A program made the translations under genes and the position numbers. The notes below the pieces were generated by a model that worked only from the letters and a program-made list of their open reading frames with translations, had not been told where the DNA came from and made no database searches. Below are positions 16,801 to 25,184 of a stretch of DNA of 26,588 nt, piece by piece. The DNA is from Candidatus Heimdallarchaeota archaeon (GTDB lineage Archaea > Asgardarchaeota > Heimdallarchaeia > Heimdallarchaeales > Heimdallarchaeaceae). The stretch is from assembly GCA_016840095.1 (NCBI GenBank), contig JAEOSZ010000074.1:1-26588 (forward strand). Direction: 5' to 3'. The stretch's first letter is position 1, and the number at the start of each line of letters is the position of its first letter.

Positions 16801-19800
16801 GTAGGATTCATGGTTTTAAAACGACTAGAAGATGCTATTCGAGATAACAATAAAATTTATGCAATAATCTCATCTATAGGAGCATCTTCAGATGGAAAAG
16901 GTAAAGGTATTACTGCACCTAATCCTGAAGGACAAAAACAAGCAATAGATATGGCTCTAAAATTAGCCGATTTGACTGTTAATGATATTGATTACATAGA
17001 AGCTCATGGCACATCGACAATTGTAGGAGATGCAGTGGAATTAAAAGTGCTAGAAGAGATTTTTCAGAATAGATCAATTTCAAAGAAAGTTGCTGTAGGA
17101 TCTATTAAAAGTCAGATAGGCCACTTAAAAGGTGCGGCAGGTATTGCTTCTCTTATCAAAACAACGCTTTCCATTTATCACAGTAAATTACCTCCTACTG
17201 TAAATGTTGATACTCTAACTTCAAGTATAGATTGGGATAAATCTCATTTAGTTGTAAATACTGAACCTAAAAACTGGGAAACTAGTAAAAAATCAATCAG
17301 AAGAGCTGGAGTTTCTGCTTTCGGATTTGGTGGAACCAATTATCATACTATTCTAGAAGAATATTCTCCTGACAAGATGAAGTACTCTCTTGAGAGCAGT
17401 TCTCAAGCAGTACCTAAACAAACAATAACAGCTAGTTCAAACGAAATATCGTTACAAAGTATTAAACCAAAATTATGTTTCATGTTTACTGGACAAGGAA
17501 GTCAATATTTAGGGATGGCAAAACATCTTTACGAAAATTCTCCTATAGTGGCTCAAACATTTGAAAAAGCAGAGAAGATATGGTACAATTACTACAGTTA
17601 TAGTATTAAAGAAATAATTTTTGGATCAGAGAAGCTTTCAGATGAAGCCAATAAAAAGAGACTTACAGACACTAAATTTACTCAACCAGCTCTGTTCATT
17701 GTTGATGTTGCACTAGCTCGACTTCTAGCCGAGGAAGGATTGAAACCTGATATAGTAGCTGGTCACAGCCTTGGAGAATATGTAGCTCTAGTTGTTTCTG
17801 GAGCAATGTCCTTCGAAGATGGGTTACGAGCAGTTATTGAACGTGGAAGAGCCATGAGTAGAGCTGGAAATACAATTCCAGGGGCCATGGCAGCAATATT
17901 AGCACCTATTGAAATTGTAAAAGATATAGTCAAAAAAGTTGAAGATTCTTATCTTACAATAGCTAATTACAATTCCACTTCACAGACTGTAGTTTCTGGA
18001 GAAATTGAAGCAATAGAGGAAGTTCTAGAACTTTCTGAGAAGAAGGGAGTAAGAGCAGTTCGATTGAATGTGTCAACCGCATTTCATTCACAGATTGTGA
18101 AGAGTGTTGAAGAGGAAATGGAAAAAGAACTCTCGAAAATTGAATTCAGTACACCCTCAATTCCTGTTTTCAGCAATGTAACTAGTAAAGAGTATCCAAA
18201 TGATTCTGATTTAATAAGAAAACATCTTGTAGAGCAAATTAGTTCATCTGTTAGATGGGTTGAAGAAATTGAGAATATGTATAAAGCAGGAGCAAGATAC
18301 TTCGTTGAAGTTGGACCCAAAAAAGCTTTGTTCTCTTTTGCTAAAGATGTTCTAAAAGATAAGAAAGATATCTTTGTATTCAATACTTTAACCGCAAAAG
18401 ATGATGATATTAATAAAATCAAAGACACTGTTACTAAAATTGTTCAATCTGGTTTTGAGAATGGTATAACAGAAACAATCACTCATTCTAGTATAATCGA
18501 AAAATCAATAGTTGAAAAGGAAATACCAATAAAAACTACAGAAAAAACTGATTTTAGTTCATTCTTAAATCTGAATCCAGATTTACTTGAAAACTTCTTG
18601 AAGTCAGGTTATGATATTTATTCAACATTTTTGGGTGATAATAAACAGAAAGCTGAAATTGCAAGAATTTCTACTATAAGTGAAGAATCTATTGGTATCA
18701 CTGGTATTGGTGTTGGATTGCCAGGAAAGGGTCATAGTGTTTTTGATGATGATAACATTGATTTAATACTCTCAGGCCATAATTTTATAGACTCTATTGA
18801 TGAAGAATTAAAACAACACATTTTAGATAAGAACATTAATCGATTAGTCAAATCAGCAGATGGTTCTGCTTCTTTTGAAGAAATTAATGAATTATCTCAG
18901 GTTATAAGTTTAGCTGGTCAAATAGGTGAATTTGACCCAATAAATGATTTTAAACTTGATGAGAAATTTTTGCAGTCCTTAGATATATCTTTCACTCTTG
19001 CTATATGTGCTGGCCTAGAAGCTCTTGCAGATGCTGGAATTCCTTTAGTGAAATCCTCAATCACTACAACTACAGGGAAGGTTCTTGAAGGTGATTGGGT
19101 TCTTCCAGAGGAACTCCAAGAAGAAACTGGTATAATTTTTGCTTCTGCATTTCCTGGATATGATAATCTGATAAAAGAAATAGAAGAATATCAATCGACA
19201 GAGGACAAAAAGAGTTTCAGAAGAAATTTTCTATTTAGAATTCTGTCTATGGGACATTCACAGTTTGCTCAGTTAATAAAAGCTAAAGGGCCTAATACAC
19301 AAATAAATGCAGCTTGTGCATCTACTACTCAAGCCATAGGTGTTGCAGAAGACTGGATAAAAACAGGTCGATGCAATAGAGTTATTGTGATAGCAGCTGA
19401 TGATGCAGCAGGTGAAAATCTACTCCCCTGGATCGGCTCAGGATTCCTAGTTGCTGGAGGTGTTTCAACAGAAAGTGATGTTGAAAAAGCTGCTATTCCA
19501 TTTGGAAAAAACAGACATGGGTTGATTATAGGATCAGCTGCGGCAGGGATAATAATCGAAAATGAATCAGCTTATTCTAAAAGAGGAATTAAACCTATTG
19601 TTGACTTGATAGGATCTCAGTTTACAAATAGTGCATTCCATGGTTCAAGATTAGATGTGAAGCATATTACAAAGGAATTCGAAAGTTTTGTAAGTAAGAT
19701 AGAACAGAAGCATAATCTAAGTAGAAAAGAAATAGCTGAAGACGGGATTTTTGTGTCTCATGAGACATATACACCTGCTAGAGGTGGTAGTGCAGAATCT

Positions 19801-22800
19801 GAAATTGAAGCCTTGAAAAACGTTTTTGGAAACGATGCATCTAAAATGACTATAGTAAATACTAAAGGTTTTACAGGTCATGCAATGGGAGCAGGAATTG
19901 AAGAATGTGTAGCCATTAAATCTATGGAAAAAGGTATTATTCCACCTATAGCAAATTATTCCCAGATAGATCCTGCTTTCTCCGAATTAAAATTCTCTAA
20001 AGGAGAAAATAGACAAGTGAAGTATGCTCTAAGATTGGCTGCAGGATTTGGTTCTCAGATTGCTTTCACAGCTTTCAGATTGAACACCGCTGAGGATAGA
20101 TATGATTTGAATTATCATGAGAAGTGGTTGAATCATCTAGGTGGAAGTCTTGATGATGGTTTTCTAGATGGTCGAGTTTTGAAGATGAAAACCAAACAAA
20201 GGAGGATTGAACCAACAGAAGGTGTTCTTGATAGAAAACCAGTTTTACCAAAAGTTGAAACTGGTAACATTCTTCCTGAATTAATCAATATTATTTCTGA
20301 TATTACAGGATATGAATCTAATTTGATTGAAGCAGATATGCATCTAGAAGAAGATCTGGGTATTGATACCATTAAACAAGCAGAGATTTTTGGCTTTGTG
20401 AGAGATAAATGGAACCTAGAACTAGATGAAACTCTAAGCCTTGCTGATTTCACAACTCCGAATAAAATAGTAACTTACATTCAAGGTAAACTACCTCAAG
20501 ATTCTACAGAAATAAGTCCTAAGAGTTCTCAAGAAACGCATGTTCCAGGTACCTCTAATCTAAAGGAAAGAATAAAGGAAATTGTTTCAGAAGCAACAGG
20601 ATATGAGCCAGATTTAATCGAAGATGATATGGATTTAGAAGAAGATTTGGGGATAGATACTATCAAGCAAGCTGAGATATTTGGGGATATCAGAGAAATC
20701 TACGATTTAGTTATGGATGAAACTGTGAGTTTAGCAGAATTTAGAACAATTCAAGATATAGCTAATTATGTAACACGATATGGAGCTTTAACACATACTG
20801 ATTCTTCAGAACCTATGAAGGAAGAACAAACCATAGTTCAGACTAAAGAGGATATTCATGAGGAAAAAGATGTCAAGATTGAAAAATTAGTTTTATCTCC
20901 AGCTGTTTTAGATAAAGAGAAAGCATACAGAGTGAAATTATCTGATTTAAACTTATTAGTAATTAATCTATCATCCTCAAGAACACAATCAATACTAGAA
21001 GAATTTGAGAAGAAGAAAATTCAATACAATGAATTTAACGTGTTCAATGACTCTATTTCTGAGCTAAAAGATAAAGACTTTGATACATTTGTTATTGTAT
21101 TACCAGATGAGGAATCTACTCCTGGTTATATTGATCAAGAAATCTATGAAAAGATGTTCAATCTTTTTCAAGCTATAGACCTAAAATCTGACCAAAGAAT
21201 ATTAGGTATATCTAATGAAACATTCTTTGGTTTCGAGAAAGATGCAAAACCAATTTCAGGTGGAATTACTGGATTTATCAAAACTCTCGGACTGGAATAT
21301 GAAATGAAGGTCAAGCATCTTTATTCTTCTAAAAACAATGAAATACTACAAGAACTAATGTATTGGGATGATTTCATTGAAGTATCCTACAATAAGAAAT
21401 TACGATATACAATTGTCTATTCTGAAATTACTGAAGTTGTTACCAAATCATCTAAACTAGATCTCAAAAATGATGATTTGTTATTAGTTACTGGAGGAGG
21501 AAGAGGAATTACTTTCAAGTGTCTTGAAGCATTGTGTACAATTGTTAAACCTAAAGTGGCAATACTAGGAATTGAAGACATTTCTCACTGCACTCCTGAA
21601 GTTTTATCCTTATCTGAAGAAGAGTTACAAGAACACAAAGAGAAAATGATTGAGGAGTTGCGATCTACAGAAGAGAAAGTAACACCTGTAATGATAGATA
21701 AGAAATGGAATACTTTTATCTTTGGTTTAGAAGTAGCAAAGAATCTTCAAAAACTTGAGAAACTGAAGATAAGAGCACAATATCATAGAGTTGATGTAAC
21801 TAAGAAAACAGATGTTAAGAAAGCAATCACTAAGCTTGAGAAACAGCTTGAAACAAAGGTTACACACATTATTCATGGAGCAGGACTTGAAGAATCAAAA
21901 TCTTTCAAGAAGAAAAAATTGAGTTTCTCAAAATTAATAGTATCTGTTAAAGTTGAAGGTATATGGAACATTCTAAATTCAGTTGACAAGGAAAATCTAA
22001 GACGAGTTGTCTGTTTTGCTTCAATAGCTGGAAGATTTGGAAACAGAGGTCAAATAGATTACTCTTTTGCCAATGGTTATTTGTCTCGACTTTGTTGGAT
22101 GCTAACTCAACAGGGAATACCTTCAATTGCTTGTGATTGGAGCGCTTGGGGAGGTGTAGGAATGGCAACAAGAGGTTCTATTATGAAGATTTTATCTTCT
22201 TTTGGAATTAATCCTATCTCACTTGAAACAGGAACTAGTGTATTTGTAAAACTATTTCTAAATGAAATTGGAAAAGAAGTAGTCGTATCTAATGGACTGG
22301 GTCCCTTTGAACTAGCTAATGTACCACTACAAACTATTTCTGATAAGGCTTATCCTTTAATTAATCTCCTCGAATATTCTGATTCAAAGTTTAAAGGTTA
22401 TCATCATCTTTCAGTGGATACTGACTTATATATGTTAGATCATCAAATACAAAATGTTCCATTTTTCCCAGGAGTAATGGGAATAGAAATGTTCTCTGAA
22501 ATGTTTCAGATTATTACTCTTTCAAAACCATTTGTATTGAAAGAGATTGAATTTGCATCTGCTTTAAAACTTCAGAATAACCAACCTAAAGATATCTTTG
22601 TTGAATACGATCCTTCAACCAATAAAATGTCTTTACAATCTGTTTTTATTCCAAAAAATGATGAGAAACTGAAACGAAATATTGAACACTTTAAACTACA
22701 AGTTGGAAATGATATTAGAAAACGGACAACACGAAAATCAAGTTTTCTATATGATGATTCTCACTTACCTCTTATGGTTGCAGAAGAAATCTATAATATA

Positions 22801-23931
22801 TTTTTCCATGGTAAAAGTTTCCAAGTATTGGATAAACTACTGGAATTATCTGATGAAACTGCAATAACCATTGTTAAAATTCCTGAAGAGAAGATCTTTT
22901 CTGAAAAAGGTAGTAAAGTTTTGATTAATCCAAGAACAATAGAAGCCGCTTTACAAACATCAGGGCTCTATGATTTGATAGTTAATAACGAGTCATCCCT
23001 ACCTTCAACTATTGATAAAATTACATTTTACAGTAATAAGAAACCTCACCACATTGTATCTCAATTTAAAATGAAGGATTCTGATTATAGCTACTTTGAT
23101 GTTGAAGTATTTGATGAAAGTGGGTACTTGATTCTTTCATTAGAAGGATTAGGAATGATTCACACCCAATTCTCATTTACAGAAGATTCAGAAAGTATTG
23201 AGAAACTGAAAACACTTAAAGAATATTGGCAAATTTCCAATTCATTTCCAGATAATCTGATGAAGATCACTCCTATTCAAATGGTAGCTACACAGTATGA
23301 AACTCAACCAAAAACAATGATGAAATACCTATCACCTGAAGAGAAAGCTTCCTTTGATAAGAAGAAAAGCGAAAAGAGAAAAATTGAATATCTTGCTGGA
23401 GTGCTATCAGCCAAACAGCTGATAAGAGATATTTCAGAAGATCCAAAAACAATTAAATCAACAGAAATTCGAAAAACTGCTAAAGGACAACCATATATCT
23501 ATGATTCTAAGAAGAAAGAGAAAAGTAAACTCAATCTTTCAATAACTCACTCCAGTGAATTTGCTATTGCAGTAGTTGGAAAGAGTCCAATTGGAGTAGA
23601 TATTGAAAAGATAGAGGACAGAAGTGAATCTTTCTATAAAGAAGCTTTTACAGAAAAGGAAAGAAATCAAATCTCTTCTAATTCAGAATTGGGAACTGTT
23701 TACTGGACAATAAAAGAAGCTATAACAAAAGCTCTAGGAGAGGGATTGAATCTAAGCTTACATGATATTGAAATCACTGCAGATGAGAAGAAATCTTCAT
23801 ACACAGTAGATTTTTCATCTAAAGCTGCAGAAACGGTACCATATTCTCCAGAATCCTTTGAAATAACTAGTAAGAAATTCCAAAATTATACTCTTAGTTA
23901 TTGTGAGATAAAATCTGAGGACAAGAAATGA
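13846..23931 (+). CDS. Iterative type I polyketide/fatty-acid megasynthase, PfaA/PksE-related: ER'(degenerate)-ER(FabK/PfaD TIM barrel)-KS-AT-KS-ACP-ACP-KR-DH-PPTase
   Basis: ER: PIIQGPMA, EGSECGGHIG, FAGGIGD, IQMGTAYL. KS1: DAACASS, EAHGTST, GHLKGAAG. AT: FTGQGSQY, GHSLGE, TAFHS. KS2: NAACASTT, SHETYT, GHAMG. ACP x2: DLGIDTIKQAEIF. KR: VTGGGRGI, HGAG, GNRGQIDYSFAN. DH: DHQIQNVPFFPG, IEAALQ. PPTase: SITHS, IGVDIE, WTIKEA. GAGGT Shine-Dalgarno upstream. Confidence 0.93.
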   Translation: MKTKKQLEKELKLNSIIWGYSPKGIKDPQLAIELSKNGGVGLVDLEGLDKEISKQVIETCFNEIPSDKLWGVRFPDVESLSVLSEVDLLPIGIIAFEVDQSNLAKISSKIKWKVAEVVNLEAAHKRTEWADFFLAKGFESGGKIGEQTSFILIQEFHKAGYPFIIQGGFGVYNIVSAIVGGALGVVLEGQLYLLPECPLNVSTKEYLESLDESDSYIVGESFATKYRLIGKIANNVIRDLKKFEKDNSDSEEEVLLDYLRDISNQSQYFDSEEIKHSFLPSDLGFCFGPFIRDMFNNLVVFLVSIQDIIDDQISKISKDWPFKEGSEFAQSLDIRFPIIQGPMANITDNTEFAIKVAKEGALPVLAMGGLLKEETEILFEEFSAKFPQNQNYAGGIIGLEVMKERREAHISLMEQYKTPLCLIAAGSIQLAVRIQKTGMRTIVHTPALSLFKEAIKNNLDYLILEGSECGGHIGNLTSMILWETVLQYFTVNVSELPDEVNIVFAGGIGDELGAAMVAAMLGVHLDMINPGIQMGTAYLLTDEIVNTRALTPLYQEKLLNSSVTRIIGSTVNTRARTIPSKFVTKTIEDERSRIKEGISISERKKLYEQDNLGALRIAAKAEIWNNEHTPGGDSTQFLFVDEKKQESLGCFMAGEIISLKRNVVQIKDLHYDIVVAGKEVIKPIKNMLRRDKEVEFEKESSEVTLQEISTQNRIAIVGLGCIFPDSSNINEYWENIIDKKYSITEVSDSRWNKSIHYDDDKTARNKTYSKIGAFIKDYKFNPLNYRIPPKIADNMDDVQKWSLDAAKQALEDAGLPTDGKTRLPIPVIVGNALGGENQRVTNKAIFAPEFLYELEQDNVFQSLEKEKQSSLLENLKLKYNSLFPPINEDSMPGELSNIISGRIANVFNLTGKSMTTDAACASSIAALDTAVKSLTSGDFDLVLVGGADRSMDVVSYIKFSKIGALSSTGSRPFDNSADGFVMGEGVGFMVLKRLEDAIRDNNKIYAIISSIGASSDGKGKGITAPNPEGQKQAIDMALKLADLTVNDIDYIEAHGTSTIVGDAVELKVLEEIFQNRSISKKVAVGSIKSQIGHLKGAAGIASLIKTTLSIYHSKLPPTVNVDTLTSSIDWDKSHLVVNTEPKNWETSKKSIRRAGVSAFGFGGTNYHTILEEYSPDKMKYSLESSSQAVPKQTITASSNEISLQSIKPKLCFMFTGQGSQYLGMAKHLYENSPIVAQTFEKAEKIWYNYYSYSIKEIIFGSEKLSDEANKKRLTDTKFTQPALFIVDVALARLLAEEGLKPDIVAGHSLGEYVALVVSGAMSFEDGLRAVIERGRAMSRAGNTIPGAMAAILAPIEIVKDIVKKVEDSYLTIANYNSTSQTVVSGEIEAIEEVLELSEKKGVRAVRLNVSTAFHSQIVKSVEEEMEKELSKIEFSTPSIPVFSNVTSKEYPNDSDLIRKHLVEQISSSVRWVEEIENMYKAGARYFVEVGPKKALFSFAKDVLKDKKDIFVFNTLTAKDDDINKIKDTVTKIVQSGFENGITETITHSSIIEKSIVEKEIPIKTTEKTDFSSFLNLNPDLLENFLKSGYDIYSTFLGDNKQKAEIARISTISEESIGITGIGVGLPGKGHSVFDDDNIDLILSGHNFIDSIDEELKQHILDKNINRLVKSADGSASFEEINELSQVISLAGQIGEFDPINDFKLDEKFLQSLDISFTLAICAGLEALADAGIPLVKSSITTTTGKVLEGDWVLPEELQEETGIIFASAFPGYDNLIKEIEEYQSTEDKKSFRRNFLFRILSMGHSQFAQLIKAKGPNTQINAACASTTQAIGVAEDWIKTGRCNRVIVIAADDAAGENLLPWIGSGFLVAGGVSTESDVEKAAIPFGKNRHGLIIGSAAAGIIIENESAYSKRGIKPIVDLIGSQFTNSAFHGSRLDVKHITKEFESFVSKIEQKHNLSRKEIAEDGIFVSHETYTPARGGSAESEIEALKNVFGNDASKMTIVNTKGFTGHAMGAGIEECVAIKSMEKGIIPPIANYSQIDPAFSELKFSKGENRQVKYALRLAAGFGSQIAFTAFRLNTAEDRYDLNYHEKWLNHLGGSLDDGFLDGRVLKMKTKQRRIEPTEGVLDRKPVLPKVETGNILPELINIISDITGYESNLIEADMHLEEDLGIDTIKQAEIFGFVRDKWNLELDETLSLADFTTPNKIVTYIQGKLPQDSTEISPKSSQETHVPGTSNLKERIKEIVSEATGYEPDLIEDDMDLEEDLGIDTIKQAEIFGDIREIYDLVMDETVSLAEFRTIQDIANYVTRYGALTHTDSSEPMKEEQTIVQTKEDIHEEKDVKIEKLVLSPAVLDKEKAYRVKLSDLNLLVINLSSSRTQSILEEFEKKKIQYNEFNVFNDSISELKDKDFDTFVIVLPDEESTPGYIDQEIYEKMFNLFQAIDLKSDQRILGISNETFFGFEKDAKPISGGITGFIKTLGLEYEMKVKHLYSSKNNEILQELMYWDDFIEVSYNKKLRYTIVYSEITEVVTKSSKLDLKNDDLLLVTGGGRGITFKCLEALCTIVKPKVAILGIEDISHCTPEVLSLSEEELQEHKEKMIEELRSTEEKVTPVMIDKKWNTFIFGLEVAKNLQKLEKLKIRAQYHRVDVTKKTDVKKAITKLEKQLETKVTHIIHGAGLEESKSFKKKKLSFSKLIVSVKVEGIWNILNSVDKENLRRVVCFASIAGRFGNRGQIDYSFANGYLSRLCWMLTQQGIPSIACDWSAWGGVGMATRGSIMKILSSFGINPISLETGTSVFVKLFLNEIGKEVVVSNGLGPFELANVPLQTISDKAYPLINLLEYSDSKFKGYHHLSVDTDLYMLDHQIQNVPFFPGVMGIEMFSEMFQIITLSKPFVLKEIEFASALKLQNNQPKDIFVEYDPSTNKMSLQSVFIPKNDEKLKRNIEHFKLQVGNDIRKRTTRKSSFLYDDSHLPLMVAEEIYNIFFHGKSFQVLDKLLELSDETAITIVKIPEEKIFSEKGSKVLINPRTIEAALQTSGLYDLIVNNESSLPSTIDKITFYSNKKPHHIVSQFKMKDSDYSYFDVEVFDESGYLILSLEGLGMIHTQFSFTEDSESIEKLKTLKEYWQISNSFPDNLMKITPIQMVATQYETQPKTMMKYLSPEEKASFDKKKSEKRKIEYLAGVLSAKQLIRDISEDPKTIKSTEIRKTAKGQPYIYDSKKKEKSKLNLSITHSSEFAIAVVGKSPIGVDIEKIEDRSESFYKEAFTEKERNQISSNSELGTVYWTIKEAITKALGEGLNLSLHDIEITADEKKSSYTVDFSSKAAETVPYSPESFEITSKKFQNYTLSYCEIKSEDKK

Positions 23932-24689
23932 AAATAGAAAATACCAATATTAACTTCAGAAATGAAACAATAAATGGTGTACTTTTTCTACCAAATAGAA
24001 AAAAACCTTCACCTCTTGTGATTCATCTGAATGGAATGCCTGGTTTAGAACCAGAAACTGAAGGTGAAAGATTCGCTCAAGAGTTGAACCATTTTGGTAT
24101 TGCCTACTATGCATTCGATTATACTGGAGTAAGGAACAGTTCAGGTTTGTTTGAATACTACTATTCACAAGAAAACATAAACACCATAATATCCTTTTTA
24201 GTTCATCATCCTAAGATCTTACCAAATAAAATAGCTCTACTTGGTGAAAGTTTTGGAGGGGCAATGGCTTTGTGTCATGCAGTTCGAGATTCTAGAGTAC
24301 AGTGTTTAGCAATACGATCACCAGTATATGATACTAAACAGATACCTAATCTGAAGATATTTGATGGTTTGTCTTTAATGTGGAAGTTGAATAAGCAAAT
24401 GAGATTTCCAGAAGTAAATTTGAAATCCTTCTTTCAAAATCAATCATCACATTATAATCCATCTAAATTGATATCAGAACTTAAGTGTCCAATTAGGATG
24501 ATAACTGGAACTAAAGATGAGATTCTTGATGCCAAGGAAATAGAAAAATGGTTTAAAAAACTTCCAGAAGATTTAGACAAAGACTTCCAAATTATTGAAA
24601 ATGCTGATCATAACTTCTCTAACAAAGTTCATTTTCAGAAAATGAAAAACTACATTATTGATTTCTTTAAACAGCAGTTGATTAGTTAG
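23928..24689 (+). CDS. Alpha/beta-fold hydrolase, candidate thioesterase/product-release enzyme
   Basis: GESFGG nucleophile elbow, GTKDEI Asp and NADHNF His; ATGA overlap with the synthase stop. Confidence 0.85.
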   Translation: MKIENTNINFRNETINGVLFLPNRKKPSPLVIHLNGMPGLEPETEGERFAQELNHFGIAYYAFDYTGVRNSSGLFEYYYSQENINTIISFLVHHPKILPNKIALLGESFGGAMALCHAVRDSRVQCLAIRSPVYDTKQIPNLKIFDGLSLMWKLNKQMRFPEVNLKSFFQNQSSHYNPSKLISELKCPIRMITGTKDEILDAKEIEKWFKKLPEDLDKDFQIIENADHNFSNKVHFQKMKNYIIDFFKQQLIS

Positions 24690-25167
24690 GAAGAACCTCA
24701 AATTCAACAAGTCGTTGATCTTGCTCTACATTAGCATCTTCTTTTACATAGATTTTGATTATCCTTCCTCTATCCGGAGAAAAAATTCTGTTGCGCATTT
24801 TCATAGCTTCAAGAATCATTAATTCGTGATCCTTTTCCACGATTTCTCCTTCTTTAGCTAGAATTTGAATGATTTTACCTGGAATTGGAGCTTTAATAGA
24901 GATTTTTTTCTCTTTTTGAGAATCAAGATTAATGCTTCTCTTTGGAATGTAAGGTTTAGTAGATATACTCACTTCTTCTCCATCAACAATGAAGTTGTCT
25001 TCGGTAACCTCTACAGTAAAAGTGTGTTTATTAACTGTAACTTTATAGACCGATTTTATTTCTTGATCTACTGAAGCAACAAATATTTCACCATCTATAC
25101 TTAGGTTTCCATTTGGTAAAACCTCAAATATATAGTCATTTTCATTGAGTGTTACTTTTTTCTTCAA
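24682..25167 (-). CDS. accB: Biotin carboxyl carrier protein
   Basis: IKAPIPGKI...ILEAMKMRN biotinylation motif; TTG start with a GGTG Shine-Dalgarno. Confidence 0.92.
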   Translation of the reverse strand: MKKKVTLNENDYIFEVLPNGNLSIDGEIFVASVDQEIKSVYKVTVNKHTFTVEVTEDNFIVDGEEVSISTKPYIPKRSINLDSQKEKKISIKAPIPGKIIQILAKEGEIVEKDHELMILEAMKMRNRIFSPDRGRIIKIYVKEDANVEQDQRLVEFEVLPN

Positions 25168-25184
25168 AATTTAGCACCAGATTA

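Noticed and set aside
20280-20780. Nucleotide-level direct repeat
   Set aside because: It is explained by the tandem ACP domain duplication and is synonymously diverged.
13846-23931. Calling this a canonical PUFA synthase (pfaA) or enediyne PksE
   Set aside because: There are no FabA-type DH/isomerase domains, no Cys-less CLF and no pfaB/C genes, and there are only two ACPs. PksE lacks both the ER and the second KS.
2250-25074. Other short ORFs nested in or antisense to long genes (2250, 3329, 4539, 4708, 5452, 7803, 8984, 10292, 10425, 13033, 13929, 15855, 18084, 20133, 21947, 22682, 23956, 24865)
   Set aside because: They overlap well-supported CDSs and show no recognisable motifs.
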